Source: Oikopleura dioica
Lineage: Eukaryota > Animalia > Chordata
DNA length: 64,000 nt
Direction: 5' to 3'
NCBI GenBank assembly: GCA_907165135.1
Contig: OU015566.1
Coordinates: 1,054,001-1,118,000 of the forward strand
Part shown: in pieces, positions 50,481 through 62,477 of the stretch
Layout: every line of letters begins with the position of its first letter
Numbering within the stretch: the stretch's first letter is position 1
Translations under genes and position numbers: made by a program
The notes under the pieces: generated by a model
The model's database searches: none
What the model was told of the DNA's origin: nothing
What the model saw: only the letters and a program-made list of their open reading frames with translations

Positions 50481-51389
50481 CCAAATTTGGTGATAAATAA
50501 TCAAAACAAATCATTAATTTTTGATAAGATAAAATTCTTAAAAGCTCTGCCAAAACATCAATTACACGCAATTAGCTGCCGAGAATATTATTGATGGATT
50601 CCCTTTTTTTTGATAATGTTATTTCGTTAATTGAGGGCGCTGAACGACGAAAAACGAACTGAAACGAGTTGATGCGAAAAAGTATGGAAGCTATGCGCCA
50701 TCCCGTTCGGCATTACTTCTGAATAGCATATTTTTCAAAAACAACTGAAGCATTTTTTGCAAGATGAGAAGGCTGAATATCTGATGATAGGAAAGAAAAC
50801 TACTTTACTGATAGAGATATAGCTAGGAATTAGCGAAAAATGTTCCCTACTGATGCAGATATGAAGATAGTCGAAATTGTTACAGGTTAGGGTTAGGGTT
50901 TTTGAAGGATAGAAATTCTTCTACATGAAAATTATATTTGAACTTCGGTTGGCCTTAGGGTAAGGGTTAGGGTTAAAAAAAATATTGTGATATCAAGAAT
51001 TGCCGCATGGCGAATTTAGCGTAGAAATTTTCAACCAAAAAGAAGTCTGGATTCGACAAACCGGCCAATAAGTATCCGAAAAGCCGCCACTGCAAAATTT
51101 GTACAAATTTTTGTTTGTACCTTCAAGTCAGGAGGTCAACCCTTTTTTCTTGTAAATTTAACATAATGACACCCTTATTTTATTTCGGAAACTCAAAATT
51201 CACATGTCATCTATTTTCATGGAAGCTAACATTAAAATTTTCGAAATTTTTTAACGGAATTTTTGATCGAAGGCCACTAACTAATCGGTATGTTATTAGA
51301 ATTTGCTTAAGATTTAGGGTCGGGAGATAATTTAACTTTTATCTGCGATAAACTGACCCTGATTAAACTATGATTGCTTTAAGAAAGGG

Positions 51390-54332
51390 TTACTAACAAG
51401 TGGAGAATCTACAGAAATACTTTCGGGTGACTGATGAACTCGCGGATTTTTTTCAGATTAAAAAGCTGCTCCGTCCGAAAATCCATTTAGTCTTTCTGTT
51501 AAATTACGTTTTCAGCATGTCTTGTTGGCGTTCTTTCAATCGTGGCCGTGGTCCTGCACTTTATCTTCCTCCAAGTTCTGTTCAAAATGGGACGCCAGGT
51601 AACTCAATTACGCATTTCCAGATGAATGTCAAGCGGTTCATTTATACCATTTGTCAGTATCTGGCATACTCGGTTTCGATAGAACGTATTACATAATAAG
51701 GACAAGAGGAAAAGTTTCATGAACAAAGTTTTAGGGCTTTTCCCGGCTTTCTTTGAAAGAGGTAAATTTTAATTGAAAATCTTGGAAAACCTATTTTTCC
51801 CAATAATTTCATCAACTTTTTTAACACTGTTTCCCACAGCTCAGCAATCACATAACCCATATTCAACTTTTGTAATTCAATTCTAACTCGTGCATGCGCG
51901 AAACATAGTAATAATCTCGGAAAGCGTTATCGGATTATTTTCAGAAAACATTTCAAAGGAAGAAAGAATGGAGCATTACTGGAATATTCTTACTGACAAG
52001 CTGTATTGCGCAGATCTTCTATATCATTCTTGTAGGGACGGGCTTCATTATGATGTCAGAAGGGGTCTATGACAGTACATGAACCCGTCTTTCTCGGCTG
52101 AAAAGATACTGTAATGTACTGTTCTGAAATGACTTCTGGCATATTCAAGAAACATTTTCTAATGAGTATTTTTCTGAGTCCCAATCTGGAATTACAGTCC
52201 GCCTAATACAGAAGATATTGATGGGTTGGTGCCATGAATCGACAGAAAAATGTCGACAAATATTGCGTGGGCGGCTTTTCAGCTGCTGATTGGCCGGTTT
52301 GACGAATCCAGGCTTCTGATTGGTTAAAAATTTCCACGTAAAATTTGTCGGAATTTTTTGTCGGTCCCTGAGGAGGATGAAATCCATCCCCTCTCAGTAA
52401 AAATTTGAAAGCCCAAAAAAGCACCTGGTGAAATAACGTTTTTGATAACTCAAGAATGGAAATTTGGCCTTGTGACCTGCAAGCTCTTCAAGTCGATGAA
52501 AGACGTCACAGCAGGAAAGTGACCAATCTGACAAAATCTCAGGCAAAAAGGAACATTGTTAAATCACGTTGTCATTTGGGATCAAAGCTACTGCAATTAT
52601 GGCGATGTTGTTGATGACCGCTGATCGTCTCTTTGGCATGACAAATCCCCTCAAGCGCAATACCTACAACAAATCGAGAAAATACAGGCTTGGATTTGAA
52701 ATGTAACGAATGGTTACATAACTCCTAATGTTCTGCATCTGGTAACTAGGTCAGAGTTTCACAGACAAAGACAAGAAAAGATGGATCATCACTCAAAAAC
52801 CGCAACTAAAAAAGAAAGAAAGCAGATCAATCTTCAATTTGAACTTGCAAGATTTATCTTTCAAACTCTGAATTGATTTTCGATGCTAGTTATTAAAAAT
52901 CAAATCAGATGGAATATTATTCAGTCCAAAAAACAGACGATTTATGATTGCACTTATGCTTGTGACACCTTTCGCTTTTGGGTTGCCTAGGTTTATGTCA
53001 GGAAACAGTTGATCTTAGTTGGACGGTTGTTATGTCCCCAACTGTCCTCAAATGTCGTCAAATGTCCCCGAATATCCCCAAATGTCCCCAAATGTCCCCG
53101 AATGTCCTCGAATGTCCTCGAATGTCCTCAAACGTCCCCAAATGTCCTCAAATTTCCTCAAATGTCCCCGAATGTCCCCAAATGTCCCGAAATGTCCCGA
53201 AATGTCCCAAATGTCCAGAGTGTCCCCGGGGGCATTCCTGCTTTTATCCTCGAATTTAAGTGTTTTTATTAGTCATCAAATCATGCAAATAAAACTGTGA
53301 TAAGCAAAACTGATAAAACACGAAGATCATTTCGGTGCGCGAGCTTGGTGTGTTTCCCAATCAATGATTCCAGGCTGGAAGCTACTGAACTATCAATTTC
53401 TCATCGCACTTGCCCTCTGCATGTATATTCTTCCAGGTTAATTTTCCTATAAATTAAGACCTTTCCACCCCTTCATAAGTCGCTGCAGAATTGTTCCTTT
53501 GCGCCTGTCTGTGGATTACGTCAAGACGTCAGCAAAGCAAGTGCAAAATAAGGGGACAAAGAAGTGTGAGATCGCGAGATTGGATGTCACCGGCGGGTTA
53601 TGGAAATGTCAACTCGAGCATTTTTGGAACTCCCCACGGACCAGTTGATAACGAAGATGCTTCCAGAACAAGTTCAAAAAAGCCCAAGCATCTGAAACTT
53701 CAAGAAACGATTGTTAAGGAATGTATTCATTGATTTTTTCATAATATAATATAAATTATATTGTATAATATGAGGGAATGACCAAGAACACCCTTCAGTA
53801 CGCCTACCTTGATACAATCATCTACAGTTTTCTCTGGGGTCCATGGTACCTAACAATGCTATTTGTTATCAGAATCGAAAGCTCAAAATCTGTCCTTTAC
53901 GTCGGTCAAAATCTCCAGCATCAAGGAAGAATTATGCACTTCATCATTTATATCGCCCTCATTTTTGTCTATATCTACTTTGTTATTTGGGTAAAAAATG
54001 AAAAGCTGAATCCTTGTTGAACCATTTTCAGCCTCTGCGATGCGTGAGAATGGCCGATCCGGATAGCCGAAAACCTCAGCAAAGAGACTATTCGAAAATT
54101 TTGAGGAGCGATCGGACTGAAGAACTTCCTCGAAGAGAAAGGTTCATTCCGGGAATTCGATGCGTACTAATTCATTTATTTTAGGAGGAATGCATTTATA
54201 GATGCCGCGATCAGCCGGTCAAATCAAATTACAAATCTAACGAGCGCGCTTTCTGATGAAACTCTTTGCGCGAATGAAGAACAAGAAGACAATGTAAAAA
54301 CTTATATAAATATCAACACGCTTGCAGTTTGA
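51390..54332 (+). CDS. Divergent rhodopsin-like (class A) GPCR
   Basis: Exons give TM1 ACLVGVLSIVAVVLHFIFL, TM2 SITGIFLLTSCIAQIFYII, ECL1 QEWKFGLVTCKLF, TM3 AMLLMTADRLFGMTNPL, TM5 NYQFLIALALCMYILP, TM6 SFLWGPWYL and TM7 HFIIYIALIFVYIYFVIW. The ends are approximate. Confidence 0.75.
53030..53230. repeat. 10-bp minisatellite (AAATGTCCYC)n in a GPCR intron
   Basis: About 18 AATGTCC-containing units. Confidence 0.9.
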
Positions 54333-54369
54333 AAGATAAATAAAGCATTCCACTGATAGTGGAAAGAGC

Positions 54370-55062
54370 CTATAATTCGTCTTTATTTTGAGCAACAGAA
54401 GAGACAGGATATCTCATGCAGTCCGCTTTTTCGTCTTGATAACAGATTTTGTAAATCAGCCCTGATGGATTCTGACGAACATATTTGTAGATTTCCCATT
54501 CATCTTCAAAGTTTTCTTCGACCATTTGATTGCACTTGATTTTGAAGCGATGGGGCCACATCATTCCACCTTGCGTTACTCCGGGAACTTGCACTGTTTC
54601 GTACCCTGGCGCGCTTATTCTCTTTTCAAGGGCTTCTGATTCAATACTAAACAGAAGAAAGAATGAGGATGAGAAGCCGTTCCTGAACTCCATCAATAAC
54701 TTTGAGTCCTGCGTCTTTGAAAGTTTTTGGATCATCGCAAATTTCTTCTATGATTTCAAGAACTCGATCTTCGGATAGCTCCTTTTTACCGCTTTTGACT
54801 GATGGAAACTGAAACATTTTTTTGAAGAACTTCTTTTGAACTGTTAAATTTCAAAATTTACCTTGTTGATTTCACTAGTGATTCTCTTATTAATCTCCAT
54901 TGAAATAATCCGACAAGCATCGCAAAGTAAATGCGGCGCAATATGCCAATTTCCCCCCTCCTCAGAATCTAGCGCTGGAGCTTCGAGTCTGACAGACCCA
55001 GAAAAATCTTCATCGAATTCTTGAGACGCTGCTAAAAATGGCAAAAGGCAGTGAATCTTCAT
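54370..55062 (-). CDS. MZB1: MZB1/pERp1-like ER protein (saposin/canopy fold)
   Basis: Signal peptide; EAPALDSEE...HIAPHLLCDACRII; KRISAPG...GGMMWPHRF...C; ends in KDEL. These match recalled MZB1 motifs APQLDDEE...HMPAHLRCDACRAV and GGPWPTRL. Confidence 0.8.
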
Positions 55063-55534
55063 TTTTTAGTATTTTTTCCTGAGTTTTGTTATTTTGAAAA
55101 AATGGCTGGAAAAGCCTCAGGGCAAAATAAAGTGAGTTTTATCCAGTAAGTCCCAAAAAAGGGATGATGGATGAAAAATTCTTGAAAAAAAAAGGATTTT
55201 TCGGGAATATCTTTGTTTTATTGTTTGGTTAAATGTCTATTACTGTTCTTTTTAGACAGTATAAATGACGAAATTTCTTTTTATCCGCGTTTTATCCGTA
55301 AGAAAGTCCCATAAAAGTTCTTTTCTAAGAAAGCCATTCCGCCGTCTTTGCAGTGCAAATTGCCCTTTTTACAATCTCCGCTTGCCGAACTCTTTGAACA
55401 GTAACAGCCAGTCAAATATTACAGCATCGGCTAACTTTCCCCTCGTGATGCTTAAAGATTAACCAGAAAAGTTTGCCGATAAAAGGAACTCGCTCGGGGG
55501 ATTTCGAGGTCAAATAGACTCAAAGAGAGAGAAA

Positions 55535-58500
55535 ATGAAGCTGTCCGCAGCTTTTCTTTCTTGCGTTCTAGCGCAAGACGGTCCTTTTATCGATTGTGCT
55601 CCAGAAGGCTCTCTGGACAAACTCGGTCTTACTGCCAAAGATCACGAAAACCTCTGCAGAGAGCGAAAATGCACATGGACCGCGAATCCGGCAGAAACGA
55701 AGTTTCCAAAATGCACCTACCCTGCTGACTACAAGCATTACACAATGGGCAAGCAAATGACTTCAAATGGCTCAAATGACAAGTCGGAAAGATACAGTCT
55801 TTCTCTTCATAAAGACGCCCAGAAAAATCGATTTGAGGGTAAAGAATTTGCTGAACCGGCCATTGAAAAGCTTCAGGAAAATTTTTGAAAAAATTTATGA
55901 TAATGGAAAAATCGAAAATTTCGAAGTTCGCGAAAATTTCGAAGTTCGCGAAAATTTTCGCGAATTTCGAAAATTCTCTTTTTCAAAAATTAGAATAGCT
56001 TATCATCGAAAAATACGAAACTTATGTCCGAATCCGCATCACTGACGAAAACGACACCCGTTTCGAGCCCCCAGCTGTTCTTGATTCCCCCGAAGAAATG
56101 GTCGATTCTAGCGAAAACTACGACGTCACTGTTTCGAAGGAAAACGAGCCATTTTCCATTTCCGTGACTCGAAAGGACGGAACGGATCTCTTCAACACCG
56201 CCGATGGCCCGTTGATCTACTACGATCAGTTCCTCCAGATCACCACTCGCCGGGCAAACAACATTTACGGCTTTGGCGAAACTATGCACAGCAAGATCCA
56301 GAATGATATCGATTACGTAACCCAAGGAGTTTGGGCGCGAGATGAAAGCGTCGAGTTCGACAGAAATCTCTACGGGCATCAACCTTATTCTCTCGCTCTC
56401 GAGGACACCGGACTCGCCAGCGGCTTGCTGTTCTTCAACGCTCATCCGATGGACGTCGCCAAGACCCCAGAAGCCACTCTGACCTTCCGAGCTATCGGTG
56501 GGCAATTGGACTTTTTCGTCTTTTCCGGCCCTAGCCCCGAAGATGTCACGAGGCAATACACAAGTGTCATCGGACGATCCTACCTCTTCCCTTACTGGTC
56601 GCTCGGATTCCAACTTTGCCGATGGGGATACCAGAACACTCAGGAAGTCATCGATCTCGTTGAGCGAAATCAACAGCTCGGAATTCCTCAGGATATTCAA
56701 TACGTCGACATTGACTACATGGATCGCCAGCTGGATTTTACCCTCGACATGACAAATTATCCCGATCTTCCGGATTTCATGACCAAAACTCAGACCGAAA
56801 GCAACATGCGATGGATCCTCATCATCGATCCAGCCATCTCGGCTGAAGAAAAAGGCGAACTTGCGTGGCAAGACGAGGGCAAAGACTATCCAACCTACAC
56901 AAGAGGAGTTGAACAAAACGCTTTCATCAAGTATGGAAAGGAAGATGGCCACAATGAAGAAATTCTCCTCGGCAAGGTTTGGCCATTTTTGCCAGGACAG
57001 TACCCCGATCGATCGAACGTCGTTGAAGGAGACGGTGAAGGAATTCATCCCTTAAAAATCTAAAAAATAATTTAAGATTGGATTTTCGAACTTCAGTACA
57101 ACCATTCTGCCACAGCTTTTCCCGACTTTTTCCGAGAATCCGCCCAAAAGTGGTGGTCGGATGAAATCGTCCGATTCCGGGAAGGATTCGAGGGCGCTCC
57201 AAACGGCCTTTCTTTCGATGGAATCTGGATCGACATGAATGAACCAACCAATTTCGACGCTGGAGAGCCGGGACCAGATGGCGAGAACCAGTGGGAAGAA
57301 GGCTGCGCAAAGAACAAATGGAATTTCCCACCCTACGTGCCGGTTTCTATCGAAGAAGCTCGAAACGACAAAGATGCCAACATTCTATTCCAGAAAACCA
57401 TCTGCATGGATGGCCTTCAAACCAATCCAAAAACTGGCAACGACAAGGAGTTGCACTTCAATTTGCACAGTCTTTATGGGCAAGGGGTTGCAGAAACCAC
57501 TTATAAATGTCAAGTAGAATAATTATTATTTGAGCGGTCTTGCCCAGATCGCGTGATAGGAAAGTAGCGAGATTTGACAAAGGAAATCCCTTGGCAAATA
57601 AAAATGTAGTCGGCCAACTATCGGAAAATTTTCAAATAGGGGCTGTTTTTATTACGTAATGATACTTGAGTCCTATAATAAAAAAACACTGTTAAACTCA
57701 ATAACTTATTGACAATAAGGTCTTTTTCTTTCTCATTTTCACAACAGTGCTGAAAATGTCACGAATGTCACGAATGTCACGAATGTCACGAGTGTCAGGA
57801 ATGTCACGAGTGTCAGGAATGTCACGAGTGTCACGAATGTCACGAAAATATGTTTCTTTTTCGTGACATTTTTCGTGACAGTCGTGACTTTCGTGACATT
57901 CGTGACATTTTCAGTACTGACCCATTTTCATTTTTGATTTCATCATCCCGACCCCCCAAAAAGCTATTCCGAAGGACAACCAACCCTTGACGCGTGCGAA
58001 CTCGCCACAGGAGAGCGATGCATGGTCGTTTCTCGATCCACCTTCCCAGGAGCCCAGCGAACAGTCGGCCACTGGCTTGGCGACAATAAATCTCAATGGG
58101 ATCATATCAAGGGTCAAATGATCGGCTCGATGGACTTTTCACTTTACGGCTTTTCCTACACGGGACCTGACATTTGCGGCTTCTTCAATAATGCGACTGA
58201 GCAACTTTGCTCAAGATGGACTCAATTGGGCGCGTTTTTCCCATACTCAAGGTAAGTTAACAAAATATAAAAATTCGACTTTATAAATTTTTTAGAAATC
58301 ACAATGGTAATTACAACCGACAACAAGACCCGGCCGTTTGGGGCGAGGAATTCGCCGCAATGACCCGAGACATCCTTCAGCATCGATACCGCCTGCTTCC
58401 TTATTTGTATACTCTTATGTACCGAGCTTCCGTCTTCGGCGATACTGTCATCCGGCCCCTGTTTGCGAACTGGCCAGAGGACAAGACAACGCATACTATC

Positions 58501-59716
58501 GATGAACAGATGATGTGGGCCGATGGAATTTTGATCTCGCCCGTTTTGACTGAAGGAAATTGTGAGGAAAAAACATCTTAATTTCGGGTTGGCGTCAGGA
58601 GCCGACAAAAAATTTCGACAAAATTTGCGTGGGCGGCTGATTGGCTGATGATTGGCCGATGTGCCAAATCCGGGCTTCTGATTGGTTAAAATTTCGACAA
58701 ATTTTGCGTGGAAATTTTCAACCAATCAGAAGCCTAGATTCGGAAAACCGGCCAATCACCAGCCGAGTAGCCGCCCACGCAAATTTTGTCGAAATTTGTT
58801 TGTCGGTTCCAGACACCATCCCTTTCTTTCATGTATTCAATATTATTATCCGCCTACAAATTTTTCCTTACGCCCAAAAGATACAACCACTGTGGATGCT
58901 TATTTCCCCGAAGACCGCTGGTTCGACTACTACACTGGAAACGAGGTCGAAACCGGCAACCAAAAACTCGACGCCCCACTCGACTTCATCCCCATTCATC
59001 TCCGAGGAGGCAAGATCATCCCCACTCAGCATCCACTCGATGCGCTCACGACGATGGATTCGCGAATGAACCCGCTTGGCCTGATCGTTTCTTTGGACAA
59101 GGAGTTCTCTGCTTCGGGCGAGCTTTACTGGGACCAGGGAACAAATATTGACCCGATCGGAACGGAGCAGTACAGGAAAAGTGCGAACTTAACTTCGAAT
59201 CATTTTTGCGTAATCTTATGTAAGAATTCTAGCGCCAAAAATATGAAGCGAGAAACTAAAAGCTAGCACAAGAAAAGTCTCATTACCTTCTCCTTCGCTG
59301 ACAACACCCTGACATCCACTGTTGAAAAATCTGCAATCAAGGAAGAAACCCACAAAAACTCTGGCGAAACCATCACGCTCCAGTTTGAGTCGCTCGAAAT
59401 CAACGGCCTTGAAGAAAGCATCAGTGGAATCTCGATCGACTACAATGGTGCCATTGCTGGCATTGACTCCATGTCCTGGAGACAAGAAACCAACGGACGA
59501 TTGATTGTTTCCGCCGAACTGGAACTTCCAATGACTGAAGAGTTCAAAATTATCTTCACTCCCGGAGAGAATCCAGAATGGCCAGACTCGACTGAATCCC
59601 CAGTAACGACCGGATCGCCAGAACCGACTGAATCACCAGAAGTGACCACTACTTCTAGCGCTGCTGCTATTTCTGCTTGTTTCTTGACTTTTGTACTCGC
59701 CCTTTTCAATCACTGA
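55535..59716 (+). CDS. GH31 alpha-glucosidase (GAA/maltase-type) with a trefoil-like domain and a probable GPI signal
   Basis: Signal peptide; PYWSLGFQLCRWGY; DIQYVDIDYMD; catalytic GIWIDMNEP; HWLGDN; GPDICGF; IHLRGG; Ser/Thr stalk then a hydrophobic C-terminus AAAISACFLTFVLALFNH*. Confidence 0.96.
57745..57919. mobile_element. Foldback MITE of GAATGTCAC/GTGACATTC repeats in a GH31 intron
   Basis: Ends CAGTGCTGAAAATGTCACGAA ... TTCGTGACATTTTCAGTACTG. No TSD recognised. Confidence 0.85.
58590..58820. mobile_element. Palindromic CCAAT-rich MITE; family members at about 16720-16870, 51020-51115, 52245-52360 and 61330-61450
   Basis: Shared core AAATTTTCAACCAATCAGAAGCCTGGATTCGGC..ACCGGCCAATCA..AGCCG..GCCGCCCACGCAAA, here present as two inverted arms. 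Confidence 0.85.
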
Positions 59717-59807
59717 CCAATGAAGATAAAATAAATAGCTCTGCGCGTTTTCATTTTTTGAACAATCAAGCATATACAAAGTCTATACAGTATTTATTCA
59801 CGATTTT

Positions 59808-62279
59808 TCATACGAAAAATTCTGGTCGATAAATGACTCCTTCATCAAAAACGCAAGACCCGGCGACTTGTAAATTTTCAAACTCGCAGCAAAATCTATT
59901 CGCGTTGTACATCTGAAAAGCTCCATCTCTTTTCTTGCAGCAAAATTCCTCCTTGTCTCCGTCGCCTCCATCGCCATCTCCGGGGCCTCTGAAGCATTGT
60001 GAAAGATCGAAATTGTTGTTTGGAGCTTGGAGTTCCCCATTTGAATCTTGAAATTCAAGGAGCGCCGTAGCGACCTGTTTGTCGCATTCACAAATTTCCT
60101 CCTCCAAGCCGCCCATTTCTAGAAATTTCATTTAAAAAAGATACGCACATTGAGCCTACCGCAGATTTCATTCGCCGGCCAAATGTAATCCGGAACTTGT
60201 GTCCTTCCATCAAACTCCACGCTCATCGCACATCTGATGCATTTCTTCCATCTGAGCAAGACCTTGTCCACTCCATCAACTGGTCTTCCCGATCCGAGGC
60301 CAAAAGGATCATTCGGGAATCCGCGACTGGCGCAACCATATGCTCCGAGAAGATCATTTACGACATCTGGCTGAAAATTCGCTCCAAGTCGCCAGGCGAT
60401 CCAGTCGAAAAGTGGTGGAATTCCGGAAGCAGGAGGAGCTGTAGAAATCGAGCTTGTCGTTGAAGATATTGAGTTTGAGGTTGAAGATATTGTATTGGAT
60501 GTCGAGGAGATAATTCCTGTTGTAGATAAAAAAGGATATTGAAAATTAAAACTAGAATTTTTATCCGAAACAAGAATTTTTGTGGAAATGAAATATCCTC
60601 TCATGAAATTGCTGGAATCGTTGTTGACGATGCACCTCCTGTTGTTGACGAAGCACTGCCAGTAGTGGAGGAGACAACCGCCGAAGTCGAAGAAACAGCT
60701 CCCGGTGACGTTGTAGAAGCTATTCCAGGAGAAGTTGTTGACCCCATTTCTGGCGGAGCTGCTGTCGTTGAAGGGGCTGGTTGAGAGCTTGAAGACATCG
60801 ATATCGTTGTTGTTGTCACGACTTCATCACAGTTCGCTCCTGTAAAACCATCGGGACAGACGCAATTGAAATTCGGCCCATCGAGCGAACAGACAAACGG
60901 ATCGGCGCATGGATTCGACGAGCAGGGCGTTATTTCGCAATCTTCTCCAGAATAACCGTCTTGACAGGAACATTCGTAATCCGTCGTTCTAGGCGGAGTT
61001 GTACATGTTCCATTATGTTGGCAAGGCTCATCTGTTGTACAAGGCGTTATTTCACAGTGAACACCTTCCAAGCCCCAGCAAAGGCAAAAATAACCCGCTG
61101 GCGGATCGTTGACGCAAATGCCCCCGTGCAGACAAGGACCAGCGATTGCTTTATTACCAAGAATAAACTCTTCTTGAAATCTCTCGTCGAGCATCATTGT
61201 TTCTGATCGGTAGCGATTTGTAGAGTCTGGGATTTCCATTCCTCCGGCAATGTGGCAAGGTGTGATTTCGCATCGATCTTTATGAGGATTCTTAATCGAC
61301 TAATTCGGTCTTATTTTAGCCCCTGTTTCAGGAACGGACAGAAAAATCCCGACAAATTTGCGTTGAAATTTTCAACCAATCAGAAGCCTGAATTCGGCTT
61401 ACCGACCAATCAGAAGCCGTAAAGCCGCCCACGCAATATTTGGTCGGTTCCTGATGCCACCCCTAATTTTTGCCCCTTTTTCTATCTTAGTTAAGAATCC
61501 CTGCCTCCATAATATCCTTCAGTACAGGCGCAATCAAAAGTCACGTTATTCACCGTACAAATTCCATCGTTTCTACACGGAACCCAAGAACACGGATCTT
61601 CGTCGCAAAGTTCTCCCGTCCAATCTCCAAAGCAGTCGCATTCAAAATTCTCATTGCAAGTTCCATTTTTGCAGTCAGGACAAACTTCGAAGCCTTCCAC
61701 TCCGAAAATCAACGTCCCAGAAGTCGAGTACCGTGGTTTTCCATCTTAAGAGCGCCCAACTTAAGAGCGTTTTTGCCAATATTTTTCATATTTTGTCATC
61801 TGCAAAAAATCCAACTTTAGAGCGTTTTTGTTCATTTTTAATTTATAATCATAATAATGTTTATTTAAACCTTAAAAATTCATTTAAAAAGATGTTTTTT
61901 CCGCTTCTTTTTAGGTATAATCATTGACCCTGATTAAAGAATCGTAAAAATTTTACCATAAATGGGCAAAAATGACCTCGGATACATTGTAAGAGTTTTG
62001 AAAAGAGCTCATTTTATGCATTATTAGCGTCATTTTTTCCCACTGTTATCCTAGTTTGATCATAAATTTTCCAACTTAAGAGCGTTTTGGTCAACCCTTG
62101 TCATCCGAAAAACGCTCTAAAGATGGAAAACGACTGTAATACGACGTTGTTGTGCTGGTCTCTTCTGTTGAGTAATAACTCGTCATATAGTTCTCTTCAT
62201 CGTTGCCGTATCCGTAAGGGTATTGGTAAGGATTTGCTCTGACAAGAAGTGGAAAGAGTAGTAAAAAGAAATAAATCAT
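59808..62279 (-). CDS. Secreted EGF-repeat / Ser-Thr mucin-stalk / PLA2-like-domain protein
   Basis: Signal MIYFFLLLFPLLVRA; about five EGF modules (e.g. PCRNDGICTVNNVTFDCACTEGYYG); S/T-rich linker; YGCASRG...GSGRPVDGVDKVLLRWKKCIRC; EICECDK; C-terminal CC. Confidence 0.88.
61736..62131. mobile_element. Inverted-repeat element occupying intron 1 of the EGF/PLA2 gene
   Basis: TIR GTTTTCCATCTT(A/T)AGAGCG at both ends. Subterminal CCAACTTAAGAGCGTTTT copies at 61757, 61811 and 62071. Confidence 0.8.
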
Positions 62280-62477
62280 TGACTTGAACTTTTATTTGCA
62301 AGTTTTTGATTTTCTAAGTGATAATTTCGCCGCGCAAAAGAGCATATTCTGGTTTTGATATTTGAAAAGAATTTTTGATTTTCTTTTGCTGAAGTTGACA
62401 AAAAATGAACTTTGCCAAAATTAAAAAGGAAAAAAAAATAAAATGAAAAAAAAACAAATTTTTTTGCAGAAATTTTT

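Noticed and set aside
50885-50980. TTAGGG-like repeats
   Set aside because: Only two or three imperfect units in two patches; more likely part of a dispersed repeat than a telomere remnant.
57480-57522. Intron read-through QGVAETTYK resembling the GH31 consensus after HSLYG (possible alternative exon)
   Set aside because: I found no donor/acceptor pair that rejoins it in frame; the GC donor at 57480 explains the gene fully.
61120-61250. ~40-aa insertion between the first two cysteines of an EGF repeat (possible hidden intron)
   Set aside because: The frame is open and codon-like and no convincing splice pair was found; left as coding.
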